64,000 bases of DNA, taken from positions 128,001 to 192,000 of the forward strand of contig CBDCCZ010000010.1 in assembly GCA_965215005.1 (NCBI GenBank), written 5' to 3'. Source of the DNA: Kofleriaceae bacterium. GTDB lineage: Bacteria > Myxococcota_A > Polyangia > Haliangiales > Haliangiaceae. Shown in pieces: positions 42,615 to 56,845 of the stretch (its first letter is position 1; every line of letters begins with the position of its first letter). The translations under genes were made by a program, and so were the position numbers. The notes under the pieces were generated by a model. It worked only from the letters and a program-made list of their open reading frames with translations, had not been told where the DNA came from and did not search any database.

Positions 42615-43148
42615 ATGGCTGTCGACTGGACTGGCTACCGCCCATTCGATCCCGGCGTCTACGAGCCACTCAAGCGGGTTCCCCGCGAGCAAGCGCAAGC
42701 GCATTTCGAGCGGCTGATGGCGGCGCGGAGCGAGCGGCGTCAAGCCCTGGCGGCGCTGGTGCTGCGCGCCGGCGTTGCCCTTGGCCCCACCGACGTCGAC
42801 CTCGCCGCCTTGTGCGCGTGGTTCATCGACGAGGTTGAGCATCTACCGAGTGAGCCCGACAGCCCGACTCCCATCTGGCAAGCGGTGATCGTCGACATTG
42901 CCCTGCACTTGGGCGAGATCCTCATCGAGCGCCAGCCTCACCTTCGTTGGCAGCTCTACACCCACCTGGCGAAAGCTCATGGCTACCAGCGGCCCACCAT
43001 CGTCGGGTTTCGCGGCGTGACCGACCCGTTCTATTACGTCGATCCGGGGCATCTCGTCGCCGCCTTCGCCGCGCTCGTCGCCCGCAAGCGGCCGGTCAAG
43101 CGCGACTACTTCGCCTATCTGGTGCGGCGCGCTGCGCAAGCCGCATAA
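42615..43148 (+). CDS. hypothetical protein
   Basis: 177-aa ORF with coding-like composition, 9 nt upstream of the next gene. Confidence 0.7.
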   Translation: MAVDWTGYRPFDPGVYEPLKRVPREQAQAHFERLMAARSERRQALAALVLRAGVALGPTDVDLAALCAWFIDEVEHLPSEPDSPTPIWQAVIVDIALHLGEILIERQPHLRWQLYTHLAKAHGYQRPTIVGFRGVTDPFYYVDPGHLVAAFAALVARKRPVKRDYFAYLVRRAAQAA

Positions 43149-43157
43149 TCTGCCGGC

Positions 43158-43433
43158 ATGGACTGGAAGCTGTTCTTCACCACCTTTGGCACCATATTTT
43201 TGGCGGAGATGGGCGACAAGACGCAGCTTGCCGCCATGGGATTTGCCGCGGGAAATTCGTCGCGCTGGGTCGTCTTCGCAGCCGCGGCGCTCGCGCTCGT
43301 CGCAACCACCGCACTCGCCGTGCTCACCGGCGATTTCGTCGCGCGACACGTCCCACCGCTGTGGATCAAGCGCGGCGCCGGGGCGTTGTTCGTAATTCTC
43401 GGGGTCCTGCTGCTTGCGTCGTCCGAAGCCTAA
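43158..43433 (+). CDS. TMEM165/GDT1 (UPF0016) family single-repeat membrane protein
   Basis: FLAEMGDKTQL signature, three TMs. Confidence 0.92.
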   Translation: MDWKLFFTTFGTIFLAEMGDKTQLAAMGFAAGNSSRWVVFAAAALALVATTALAVLTGDFVARHVPPLWIKRGAGALFVILGVLLLASSEA

Positions 43434-43513
43434 TCGCTCGTGACTTGCAGTAGCGGCACTGAAGCGTGCGCACAAGCGCTCAAGTTTCATGAGCAGAGTG
43501 CTAAAACCGGCGC

Positions 43514-44272
43514 ATGTGGGACCTGTCGATCTTCGCCTCCGCCGATACCTGGATTGCGCTGCTGACTCTGGCGGCGCTCGAAATCGTCCTCGGCATCGAC
43601 AACATCGTTTTCATCTCGATTCTCACCGACAAACTGCCCGTCGAGCAGCAGCCCCGCGCCCGCTCGATCGGGTTGATGCTTGCGCTCGGGAGTCGGCTCG
43701 GTCTGCTGTTTGCGATCAACTGGGTCATGGGCTTGACTGCGCCGCTCTTCTCCCTCTTCGCGCAGGAAATCAGCGGCCGCGATTTGATCCTCGGCATCGG
43801 CGGACTGTTCCTCATCGGCAAGGCGACGCATGAAATCTTTGCCAAGCTCGAGGTCTCCGACGAGGACCAGACCGTCCGCCCCCGCGCCTCGTATGGGCTG
43901 GTCCTGGCGCAGATCATCCTCCTCGACGTCGTCTTCTCCCTCGACTCGGTCATCACCGCGGTGGGCATGGCCGAAGAGCTCCTCGTCATGGTTCTGGCGA
44001 TGGTCGCTGCCGTGGGCGTGATGCTGGCCTTCGCAGGCGCCATTGCCGGTTTCGTCAACCGTCACCCGAGCATGAAGATCCTCGCGCTCAGCTTCCTCTT
44101 AATGATCGGCGTGATGCTTTGTGCCGAGTCGCTTGGGCAGCACATCAACAAAGGCTACATCTACTTTGCGATGGGCTTCTCACTGTTGGTCGAGATCGTC
44201 AACCTGCGACTGCGGAAGAAACAGCTTGCGGTCAAGCTCCATCAAGGATCACCGCGGCCCTCCGCTAACTAG
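43514..44272 (+). CDS. TerC family membrane protein
   Basis: LEIVLGIDNIVFISIL, DVVFSLDSVITAVG, KGYIYFAMGFS. Confidence 0.93.
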   Translation: MWDLSIFASADTWIALLTLAALEIVLGIDNIVFISILTDKLPVEQQPRARSIGLMLALGSRLGLLFAINWVMGLTAPLFSLFAQEISGRDLILGIGGLFLIGKATHEIFAKLEVSDEDQTVRPRASYGLVLAQIILLDVVFSLDSVITAVGMAEELLVMVLAMVAAVGVMLAFAGAIAGFVNRHPSMKILALSFLLMIGVMLCAESLGQHINKGYIYFAMGFSLLVEIVNLRLRKKQLAVKLHQGSPRPSAN

Positions 44273-44421
44273 TACGCCGCCGCGGGACTTATGGCGCAGA
44301 AATCCGCCGCCCGGATGCGGGCAAGGGCGGCAGATTTCCGCTACTCACGCGCCCCATTCGGCGTCTTCCCAAGCGATTGTTGCTTTGCTAGCGGTTCACG
44401 ACTTCCGCCGTGAACCACTAA
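44269..44421 (-). mobile_element. ~150-bp hairpin-rich MITE-like repeat, copy 2 (inverted relative to copy 1)
   Basis: Starts at CTAG whose TAG is the terC-family stop codon, ends at CTAA. Confidence 0.7.
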
Positions 44422-44553
44422 GCGGCCGTGCCGAACCGTCACGACGAGTTGCAAAAGGCAACGTCGAGTCGGCGATCAGCGGCCAAAGAAGCCGCAGCGC
44501 TGTTGTTTCCGCGTGCTTGGACGGGGCACGCAACTTGAACCACCTCGCCTTCG

Positions 44554-47064
44554 GTGATGAACGGGAACGCAACAGTCGGTTGGCTTTTTCCTCTGCTGGC
44601 AGGCGCAATGGCTTGTGATCCCCAAGAGCCGCGCGGCACGTCCAGCCCCGACGACGCAGAGCCAACGGCCTGCGTCGTCGCGGATACCAATGCGCTGCGC
44701 TACGACGAGCACCTCGTATCGGTGGCGATCAGCGGCGGCAGCCAACGCACGTATTCGCTGCAAAGCACAGCGCCGCAACGCGATGACGCCGCCTCCGCTC
44801 GCACCGTAGCAGAGCCGCGCGGAGCGATGCGCCTGCGCAGCGGCCACGTGCTCTTCGACGCCCTATTCGCGTTGGCCTTGCACGAAAGCCGTGAAGCGAG
44901 CGTCGCCTTCATCAACGACGGCAGCTTTGCGAATAATGATGCCATCGCCTGTGAATGCTTCGAAACCGGCGAGCAGTGGACCTACGTGTGGACGCGCGAC
45001 ACCGCGTACTCGGTCGACCTCGGCCTCGCCCTCACCGATCCGCAGCGCGCAGCAAACTCGCTGCTATTTAAGCTCTCCCGCCCCAAAGGCGGCGGCGAGC
45101 GCGCGATCGTTCAGGATACTGGCACCGGCGGCAGCTGGCCGGTTTCGACCGACCGGGCCATTTGGGCGCTAGGAGCACGCGCCGTGCTGGCCACCTTGGA
45201 TGCTCCAGAACGGCAGCGTTTTCGCGACGCCGCGCTCGAAGCGCTGCGAACCACCATCGCCGAGGATCGCCGTTACGTATTTGATGAGCACGACGGTCTC
45301 TATCGCGGCGAGCAGTCGTTTCTCGATTGGCGCGAGCAGAGCTATCCACGCTGGACGGCAACCGACCCGGTGCACATCGCGATGTCGAAGTCGCTTTCCA
45401 CCAACGTCGCGCACCTGATTCTTCTCGAGCTAGCCGCTGCGTTGGCCGACGAGACCAGTGCCACCAGCGAGGCCGCTCGCTACCGCGACTGGGCACAGGC
45501 ACTGCGTACCGCGATTGTCGGCGGGCTATGGCAAGGGGATCATTTTTCCGCGCTACTGACGACCTGGCTCGATCCCGCTCCAGTGGGCCGGCTCGATCTG
45601 CTCGGCAGCTCACTCGCCGTCCTCGAAGGCGTCGGCGACGCCAACATGGCGCGCCAGGCAATCGCACAGCATCCGCACAGCCTCGGCGGCCCGCCAGTGC
45701 TGTGGCCCCAGCAGCCCGACGTGCCCATCTATCACAATCGCGCCGCATGGCCGTTCGTCACCGCCTATGCGCTGCTCGCCGCGCGCCAAGCCGAAAATCC
45801 AGCCGTGTTTACTGCCGCCGCCCGAGCGTTGGTACGCGGCGCAGCGCTCAATCTGAGCAATATGGAAAATCTCGAGCATCGAAGCGGCGCACCTTGGGTG
45901 GACGATGGACCGCTGTCGGGCCCGGTGGTGAACTCGCGACGGCAGCTGTGGTCAGTGGCTGGATACGTCGGCATGGTCGCGCGCGGCCTGTTCGGCATCG
46001 AGCTCGCTCCAAGCCACCTCACCGTGCGGCCGTTCGTGCCGTTTGCACTGCGACGGCAGTGGTTTGGCGCGGCTTCCGAGCTCACCCTGTACGCGCTGCC
46101 CTATCACGGCCGCCGGATCGATATCACTCTCGAGCTGCCGCCGTGCGCAGCGGGCGAGGGCTACTACGCGTTCGACCATGCCGTCCTCGATGGAGCGCCC
46201 GTCGATGGGCCGGTGTTTCCGCGCGATGCACTGCACGACGGCAGCACGCTGCGTATCGTCCTCCGTTCTGTGCCCACCGAGGCGACGCCGGTTCGTACTA
46301 CACCAACCGATCGGCAAGGCGCGTTCGCACCGCGTGAGCCGCTCCTGCGCCCGGTGTGGCGTGACGGGGATGATCTCGTCCTCGAGTGGCAGGCGAGCGA
46401 GGACCGCGGGCTTGGCTACCACGTCTATCGCGATGGAGTGCAGGTCGCAGAGCTTGGCGCTACGAGCTGGCGTGACGTTGGAGCCGCCACAGCCGGTGCC
46501 CCGTGTTATGTCGTCGAAGCCGAATTTCTGGCCAGCGGCAATCGTTCCCATCACTCGCGACCGCAGTGCTATTGGGGAGAGCGCGGCGAGCGCGTCATGG
46601 AAGTGGATGCCCGCGCCTTCAGCGCCACCGGCGGCACGCTGTCGCAGCAATATGGGCGCTGGCATTATCAGCAATGGGGCGCGCCGCAAGACGCCCTCAC
46701 CGCCAGCGTTGCGGCGACTAGCAGCGGCGAGCACCTCGTGCAAGCGGTCTACGGCAATGGCGCCGGATCAGTGACCACCGGCATCACCACCGCGGTGAAG
46801 TGGCTGCGCGTCATCGACGACGACAGCGGCGAGCTTGCCGGCGAAGGGCCGCTGATCATGCCGCAGCTCGGCAGCTGGGACCTTTGGGCGGAGTCGAGCT
46901 TCGTGCGCGCCTCGCTCCTCGCCGGGCGCCGCTATCGCCTCGAGCTCACCGACGGCCGCAACATGTCCTATCTCGACCACTTCACCCGTTACAACGGCGC
47001 GGGCGGCGGATCTAGCCCCTACAACCAGGTCAACGTCGCCGCCTTGCGAGTCCTCGCCCGCTGA
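44554..47064 (+). CDS. glycoside hydrolase lipoprotein, (alpha/alpha)6-barrel (amylo-alpha-1,6-glucosidase/GH63-like) with FN3- and CBM-like C-terminus
   Basis: AMAC lipobox, YVWTRDTAYS, GEQSFLDWREQ, YHNRAAWPF, QLWSVAG, GYHVYRDG. Confidence 0.78.
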   Translation: MMNGNATVGWLFPLLAGAMACDPQEPRGTSSPDDAEPTACVVADTNALRYDEHLVSVAISGGSQRTYSLQSTAPQRDDAASARTVAEPRGAMRLRSGHVLFDALFALALHESREASVAFINDGSFANNDAIACECFETGEQWTYVWTRDTAYSVDLGLALTDPQRAANSLLFKLSRPKGGGERAIVQDTGTGGSWPVSTDRAIWALGARAVLATLDAPERQRFRDAALEALRTTIAEDRRYVFDEHDGLYRGEQSFLDWREQSYPRWTATDPVHIAMSKSLSTNVAHLILLELAAALADETSATSEAARYRDWAQALRTAIVGGLWQGDHFSALLTTWLDPAPVGRLDLLGSSLAVLEGVGDANMARQAIAQHPHSLGGPPVLWPQQPDVPIYHNRAAWPFVTAYALLAARQAENPAVFTAAARALVRGAALNLSNMENLEHRSGAPWVDDGPLSGPVVNSRRQLWSVAGYVGMVARGLFGIELAPSHLTVRPFVPFALRRQWFGAASELTLYALPYHGRRIDITLELPPCAAGEGYYAFDHAVLDGAPVDGPVFPRDALHDGSTLRIVLRSVPTEATPVRTTPTDRQGAFAPREPLLRPVWRDGDDLVLEWQASEDRGLGYHVYRDGVQVAELGATSWRDVGAATAGAPCYVVEAEFLASGNRSHHSRPQCYWGERGERVMEVDARAFSATGGTLSQQYGRWHYQQWGAPQDALTASVAATSSGEHLVQAVYGNGAGSVTTGITTAVKWLRVIDDDSGELAGEGPLIMPQLGSWDLWAESSFVRASLLAGRRYRLELTDGRNMSYLDHFTRYNGAGGGSSPYNQVNVAALRVLAR

Positions 47065-47184
47065 TCTTTGGACAACTTTCCCCGGTGGGCGCTTTTGCGC
47101 ACGCTAGCGAGCCCGCCGAAGCCGGCGCCTCGGCCTCGCGCGGCGTTCCCGCACGCGTACGCAGCGGCTGTTCGCGGAAGCGAC

Positions 47185-47199
47185 TGGCATGTCACTTGC
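47185..47199 (+). promoter_or_regulatory. sigma54 promoter of a small membrane protein
   Basis: TGGCATGTCACTTGC; predicted +1 falls at or next to ATG 47213. Confidence 0.65.
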
Positions 47200-47212
47200 G
47201 AGCGTTCGCTTC

Positions 47213-47401
47213 ATGCATTGGATCTTCTGGCTCGCCCTCGCCGTTGTCTTGGCTGCCTTCGCGGCACTTACCGGCGTCAAGCCGAGCGACACCAAACCCG
47301 TTGCGCGTACGAGTCTTATGCACGCCGGCCGCATCGTCTTGCTCATCGCCGCGGCGTTGGTGGCCGTATTCGCCTTGATCAGCGCGTTCGCAGCGGCATA
47401 G
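47213..47401 (+). CDS. small two-TM hypothetical protein
   Basis: MHWIFWLALAVVLAAFAALTG-KP..KPVART-LM..GRIVLLIAAA; has its own sigma54 promoter. Confidence 0.65.
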   Translation: MHWIFWLALAVVLAAFAALTGVKPSDTKPVARTSLMHAGRIVLLIAAALVAVFALISAFAAA

Positions 47402-47442
47402 CGGCACGCCACGCGATCTGTCGTAGAGTGCCCGCCCAAGCC

Positions 47443-48675
47443 ATGGCTGACCCTAACCCTGCCCTGCACCTCAGCGCCGCCGGTGCCACCACCATGCCGG
47501 CGATCGACTTCGACGACTACGAAGCGAGTCTGCGCGGCAAAACCACCGCAGAGCTTCGCGCCGCGAGCCTGGTGTTGCGAACCATCGAAAGCCCTTGGCT
47601 GATGCGTGTGGGCACGACGCTGGCCCGTCTCGGCCTCGCGTTGCACGTACCCGGCACCGAACGCGCCATCGAAGCCACCGTGTTTCAGCAATTCTGCGGC
47701 GGCACCAGCCTTACGGCTGCGTTTGGCACCGCCGAGCGTCTCGCGGCGCGTGAAGTACGCACCATCCTCGACTACGCCGTCGAATGCGAGCACAGCGAGG
47801 CCGGCTTCGATCGCGTTCGAGAGCAGCTCCTCGACATGATCGAGCGCGCCGCCACGCGATCGGAGGTCGCCTTCTGCGCGGTCAAGATTTCCGGCCTCTG
47901 CTCCACGTCGCTGCTCGCCAAACGCTCCGCGGGCGCCTCCTTGAGCGCCATGGAATCGGCGGCTCTCGAGCGCGCCAACGCACGTCTGGAAGCCGTCGTT
48001 GCCAGTGCGCGCCATCGCCAGATGCCAGTGTTCATCGATGCGGAGCACTCGTGGGTGCAGCCGGCGATCGATGAGATGGTGCTAGCGCAGATGCGGCGTC
48101 ACAACCGCGGCGTCGCAACCGTGCATACCACTGTGCAGCTCTATCTTCACGATCGCCTCGCCTACCTCGATGAGCTCATCGCCGACGCCCGCGATCGCGG
48201 TTACGTCTTGGGCGTCAAGCTGGTGCGCGGAGCGTATCTCGAGCAGGAAGCGGAGCGCGCCGCTGAGCGCGGCTACCCCTCCCCGTTGCATCCATCCAAA
48301 GCCGCTACCGATGCAGCGTTTGATAGCGCCATCGACCACTGTCTGGATGCCATCGACACCGTCGAAGCGTGCGTCGCGACCCATAACGCCGCCAGCGTGC
48401 GCCATTTACTCGCCGAGATGAGCCATCGCCAGCTCGCCCGCGGCGACCGCCGGATCACGATCTCGCAGCTCCTGGGCATGCTCGATCGCATCACCTTCCC
48501 ACTCGCCGCGCATGGCTACAACGCGCTCAAGTATGTGCCCTATGGCGAGGTACGCAGCGCGTTCCCGTATCTGTTGCGCCGCGCCGATGAAAATCGCTCG
48601 GTCGCCAGCCAGATCGAGCCTGAGCTGAAGGCAATCCGCGCCGAGCTCGAGCGGCGTGGGAAACACGCCTTGTGA
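47443..48675 (+). CDS. monofunctional proline dehydrogenase
   Basis: FQQFCGG, ILDY, FIDAE, GVKLVRGAY, ATHN, QLLGM, KYVPYG..YLLRRADEN; alternative start 47494. Confidence 0.92.
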   Translation: MADPNPALHLSAAGATTMPAIDFDDYEASLRGKTTAELRAASLVLRTIESPWLMRVGTTLARLGLALHVPGTERAIEATVFQQFCGGTSLTAAFGTAERLAAREVRTILDYAVECEHSEAGFDRVREQLLDMIERAATRSEVAFCAVKISGLCSTSLLAKRSAGASLSAMESAALERANARLEAVVASARHRQMPVFIDAEHSWVQPAIDEMVLAQMRRHNRGVATVHTTVQLYLHDRLAYLDELIADARDRGYVLGVKLVRGAYLEQEAERAAERGYPSPLHPSKAATDAAFDSAIDHCLDAIDTVEACVATHNAASVRHLLAEMSHRQLARGDRRITISQLLGMLDRITFPLAAHGYNALKYVPYGEVRSAFPYLLRRADENRSVASQIEPELKAIRAELERRGKHAL

Positions 48676-48748
48676 CATTCGCAGACCAAATCCCGAGCCT
48701 GCGGTAGCTCTACCGACAAACCGCCGCTAAGCTTGCCGGCAAGAAGAC

Positions 48749-49471
48749 ATGGTCATGAAAGCACTTACGACAATTCTGCTCGCAGCGCTGCTAGGCGCCC
48801 TTACCGGCCTCAGCGGCTGCAACCCCGGCGATTCCCGCGGCACCGAGCGCTGGGTCACCACGGAAGACACCAACGTCGAGATCGATTGGGACGCAGTAGG
48901 CAAAGCCTATAAAGAGGCGGAAGGCCCCGAGGACTTCGAGCGCCGCATCAACGAGATCTACGCCGGCGACGAGGTAGTGAGCGTCGCCGTCAAAGATCAA
49001 GACGAGAAAACTCAGGTCGTCACCGGCTTCTTTGACAAGAACAAAAGCGGCAGCGTCGACGAAGGCGAACAGATCTTCACGCTGCAACGCGAAATCACTG
49101 GCGAGAACAGCGGCAACTACCAGGTGATGGGCCATGGTCCCTACGCCGGCTATCGCTCGCCCATGTGGGACATCGCGGCGGGCATGGTCATGGGCTCTAT
49201 GATCAGCCGCGCCTTGATGCCCGGCTACTCGCCGCTCTACACCCGGGGCTACACCACCTCGCCGTCGCGCATGAGCACCTTGCGTAGTCAACGCAGTGGG
49301 TTCCGCGCCGCCAATCCGGGCAAGTTCAAAAAATCCAACACCGGACGCAGCTACGGCAGCAAGGGCAACAAGTGGGGCAGTCGCCCGCGTCCGGCACGGC
49401 GCTTCGGCGGCGGTGGACGCTTCGGCGTTCGCAGCAAGCCCAAGCGCCAGCGGGTGCGGTTGGCGAGCTGA
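48749..49471 (+). CDS. hypothetical lipoprotein with DUF1190-like Gly/Arg-rich tail
   Basis: LSGC lipobox; AAGMVMGSMISRAL helix followed by basic low-complexity RFGGGGRFG tail. Confidence 0.75.
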   Translation: MVMKALTTILLAALLGALTGLSGCNPGDSRGTERWVTTEDTNVEIDWDAVGKAYKEAEGPEDFERRINEIYAGDEVVSVAVKDQDEKTQVVTGFFDKNKSGSVDEGEQIFTLQREITGENSGNYQVMGHGPYAGYRSPMWDIAAGMVMGSMISRALMPGYSPLYTRGYTTSPSRMSTLRSQRSGFRAANPGKFKKSNTGRSYGSKGNKWGSRPRPARRFGGGGRFGVRSKPKRQRVRLAS

Positions 49472-49486
49472 GCGGCGGCGATCGCC

Positions 49487-50004
49487 ATGATTCGCTCCGT
49501 CCTCGAGCTACCGGTCCTGGAACGCGACCCGGTCGAGCTGCTCGGCATCACCAGCGGCGGATTCGTCAACGCCGACTACGACCGCTTCGGCTTCGCTCGC
49601 GTCGCCGGGCTGGTGCTCGCCGATTTCGAGCAGCGGCAACCGATCGAGCTCGACGAGGCGTTGCTGCTCGCGGTCCACACCGCCGACGACGCCGAGCCGC
49701 TCGCCGATGATCTCGACCTCGAGTTTTGGCTGACCGATGAGCGTGATGAGCAGCTGGCGTTTCAAGCGACCTTGTCGCTGTTTCTCGAGCGCTGGCTTCC
49801 GCGCCTTCCGCAAGAGCCGAGCGCCCTGGTGCTCGCGGTGTGCAATCCCGCGAGCACCGAGCTCCCCCGGCCTCCAGGGCTCGCGCGCAATCGGCAGTTT
49901 TACTACCCTCACGGCGACGTCACCGCCTGGTTCGAAGACTCCGCCAATCCCATTGCCCTCGCCACCGGCACCCTCGGCCTCAGCGCCGATGCCTGGCGCT
50001 GCCA

Positions 50005-50008
<4 letters not shown>
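49487..50008 (+). CDS. hypothetical protein
   Basis: Acidic 173-aa ORF in operon arrangement. Confidence 0.7.
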
Positions 50009-50496
<488 letters not shown>

Positions 50497-50514
50497 CGGT
50501 TCCCGCGCCCCGGC

Positions 50515-50548
50515 AAAAAACCCCTGAGTCGCTAGGACTCAGGGGTTT

Positions 50549-50549
<1 letters not shown>
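50515..50549. terminator. bidirectional rho-independent terminator
   Basis: A6-CCCCTGAGTC-gctag-GACTCAGGGG-T4 between convergent CDS and tRNA. Confidence 0.9.
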
Positions 50550-50624
<75 letters not shown>

Positions 50625-50781
50625 AAGAAACGTCGGCGGATGTGGGCTCAGGACACTACACGCGGCTCCAGCACCTGTCCAGAGGCTGTGCACCAATGTT
50701 TTTCGCGAGTCGCGCCGCGGCATTCGAGCAGGGGATCGGTAAGGCCCCCTACGTGAGGTTAAATTCGCGGGATCACGGGGC

Positions 50782-52812
<2,031 letters not shown>

Positions 52813-52907
52813 CGCGGGAGCTGTCCCGCACGACTTCCGGGCACCTCTGCCCACACCGATGGATCTGCAGCCTAGACAGGCAGCAATAACCGCGCGCATG
52901 ATCGAGT

Positions 52908-53798
52908 ATGCGTCTTACGATGTGGTTGATTGTGAGCTTATCGCTCCTTCTGGCAAGCAGCTCGTGCACGACGGACGATGCCAGTCCCTCCGCAGGCAAC
53001 AACGACGACACTCCTGATCGCCCCGCGCCAACTGATGGCACGACGGGCGGCGACTGCAAGCAACTGGTCAACACTGGCGTGGAGTATTGCCTCCGAGCCA
53101 ATGCCACGTGCACCACCGCCGGTGCCGGATGCGCCCTACTGGTCGTCCACAACACCGACGCTCCTCTGAGCTGGGTCGACGACACCAGCGTTCCGCTCGT
53201 GGTCGCCCGCTCCCTTGGAGGCTTCGACGGCAACAGTGTCAAGGACTGGATGGCGGAGCTGGCGACAACGCTCGTAGATGACTATCCGGGTATCGATAGC
53301 AACCGCGTCTTCTTTCTCGGTTGGTCCGCTGGCGCCGGTGCGGCACACCGCGGCATGTGCCACACCTCGAAAGGCTCGGGACAGTCGGAGTATGGCAGTA
53401 ACCCCGACCTCTATGCCGCAATGATCACTCTCGGCGGCTGCCCGGCGTGCTCCGCTGGCTGGAGTCCCTCGAGCCCAATGCACGTGCTCGCCGTCAACGG
53501 TCAAGAAGACCCCTTCGGAGGCGGTGGGTGCGAAGAGAACCTTCGTGAATGGGCTCGTGACAACGGGTGCCAAGACCCCGATCGTGCATGGCAGAACGTC
53601 ACCGAAGATGATTTGATGTCAGGCGGCGACGGCTCGGATATCGTGCAAAAACTGGATTTCACGAGCTGCAGCAACGGTCGTGTCATCGGCTATCGCTTCC
53701 GCGACGAGGAACACACACTCTCATTCAAGAAACATTTTGATCCCAAAGTTTCCGCTCTTGAGATGGCCCGCCAGTTCCTAACTGACAAGCGGAAATAG
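52908..53798 (+). CDS. alpha/beta-hydrolase (PHB depolymerase/esterase-like) lipoprotein
   Basis: Signal ending ASSSC, IDSNRVFFLGWSAGA (GxSxG), NGQED, WARDNGC, late His. Confidence 0.75.
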   Translation: MRLTMWLIVSLSLLLASSSCTTDDASPSAGNNDDTPDRPAPTDGTTGGDCKQLVNTGVEYCLRANATCTTAGAGCALLVVHNTDAPLSWVDDTSVPLVVARSLGGFDGNSVKDWMAELATTLVDDYPGIDSNRVFFLGWSAGAGAAHRGMCHTSKGSGQSEYGSNPDLYAAMITLGGCPACSAGWSPSSPMHVLAVNGQEDPFGGGGCEENLREWARDNGCQDPDRAWQNVTEDDLMSGGDGSDIVQKLDFTSCSNGRVIGYRFRDEEHTLSFKKHFDPKVSALEMARQFLTDKRK

Positions 53799-53799
53799 G

Positions 53800-53925
53800 C
53801 TACGCAGCGGCCACGATGTAGCGGCGCGCTCGCGCCTCGGCGAGGAGCTGATCGCGAACTCCCGAGTGCGCGATGTCGATGAGCGCCTGCGCGCGATGCC
53901 GAACGGCGCCGCGGATGAAGTCGAC
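53800..53925 (-). pseudogene. remnant of an acetyl-CoA hydrolase/CoA-transferase C-terminus
   Basis: Reads VDFIRGA-VRHRAQALIDIAHSGVRDQLLAEARARRY; in-frame TAG immediately upstream, no start codon. Confidence 0.6.
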
Positions 53926-54050
53926 CTACGTCTGTCTAGCCATGCGAACCCGTCGCTACGCAAGCAACACGCCGTCTATCGCGGCCGGCGCAACTTGCAA
54001 TGGTATTCATTTCATCTACACCATGAGCGAAGGCCTGATACAAAGCATGC

Positions 54051-55098
<1,048 letters not shown>

Positions 55099-55166
55099 GA
55101 CGCGCCAGGCAGACACGAGGAGCACGCCGCATCCACGCGCGCTGCATGAACCGATTCGCGCGCTTG

Positions 55167-56658
<1,492 letters not shown>

Positions 56659-56673
56659 CGTCGGCCCCTCCAT

Positions 56674-56689
56674 AGCGGATTTCATGCCA
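56674..56689 (-). promoter_or_regulatory. putative sigma54 promoter of the regulator
   Basis: TGGCATGAAATCCGCT, GG-N10-GC spacing. Confidence 0.5.
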
Positions 56690-56798
56690 GCAAGCGCGAT
56701 GGAGCAGGTCTGCCCAACCACGGCTCGCCCTCCTGCGTCGATTCCGTCGAGTCCGACGTCCGCAGCATTCGCTGGCGCAGCGGCTTGTTCTGAGCATC

Positions 56799-56842
56799 GC
56801 GCAGAATTTGCGCAAGGAGCAATCGACCCGCAGAATCTGCGG
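56799..56842. promoter_or_regulatory. two CGCA-N5-TGCG enhancer palindromes
   Basis: GCGCAgaattTGCGC (56799-813) and CCGCAgaatcTGCGG (56828-842). Confidence 0.7.
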
Positions 56843-56845
56843 CTC

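Noticed and set aside
44524..44538. Sigma54-like GGGCACGCAACTTGA upstream of the glycoside hydrolase
   Set aside because: The -12 GC is GA; plausible but too weak to list as a feature
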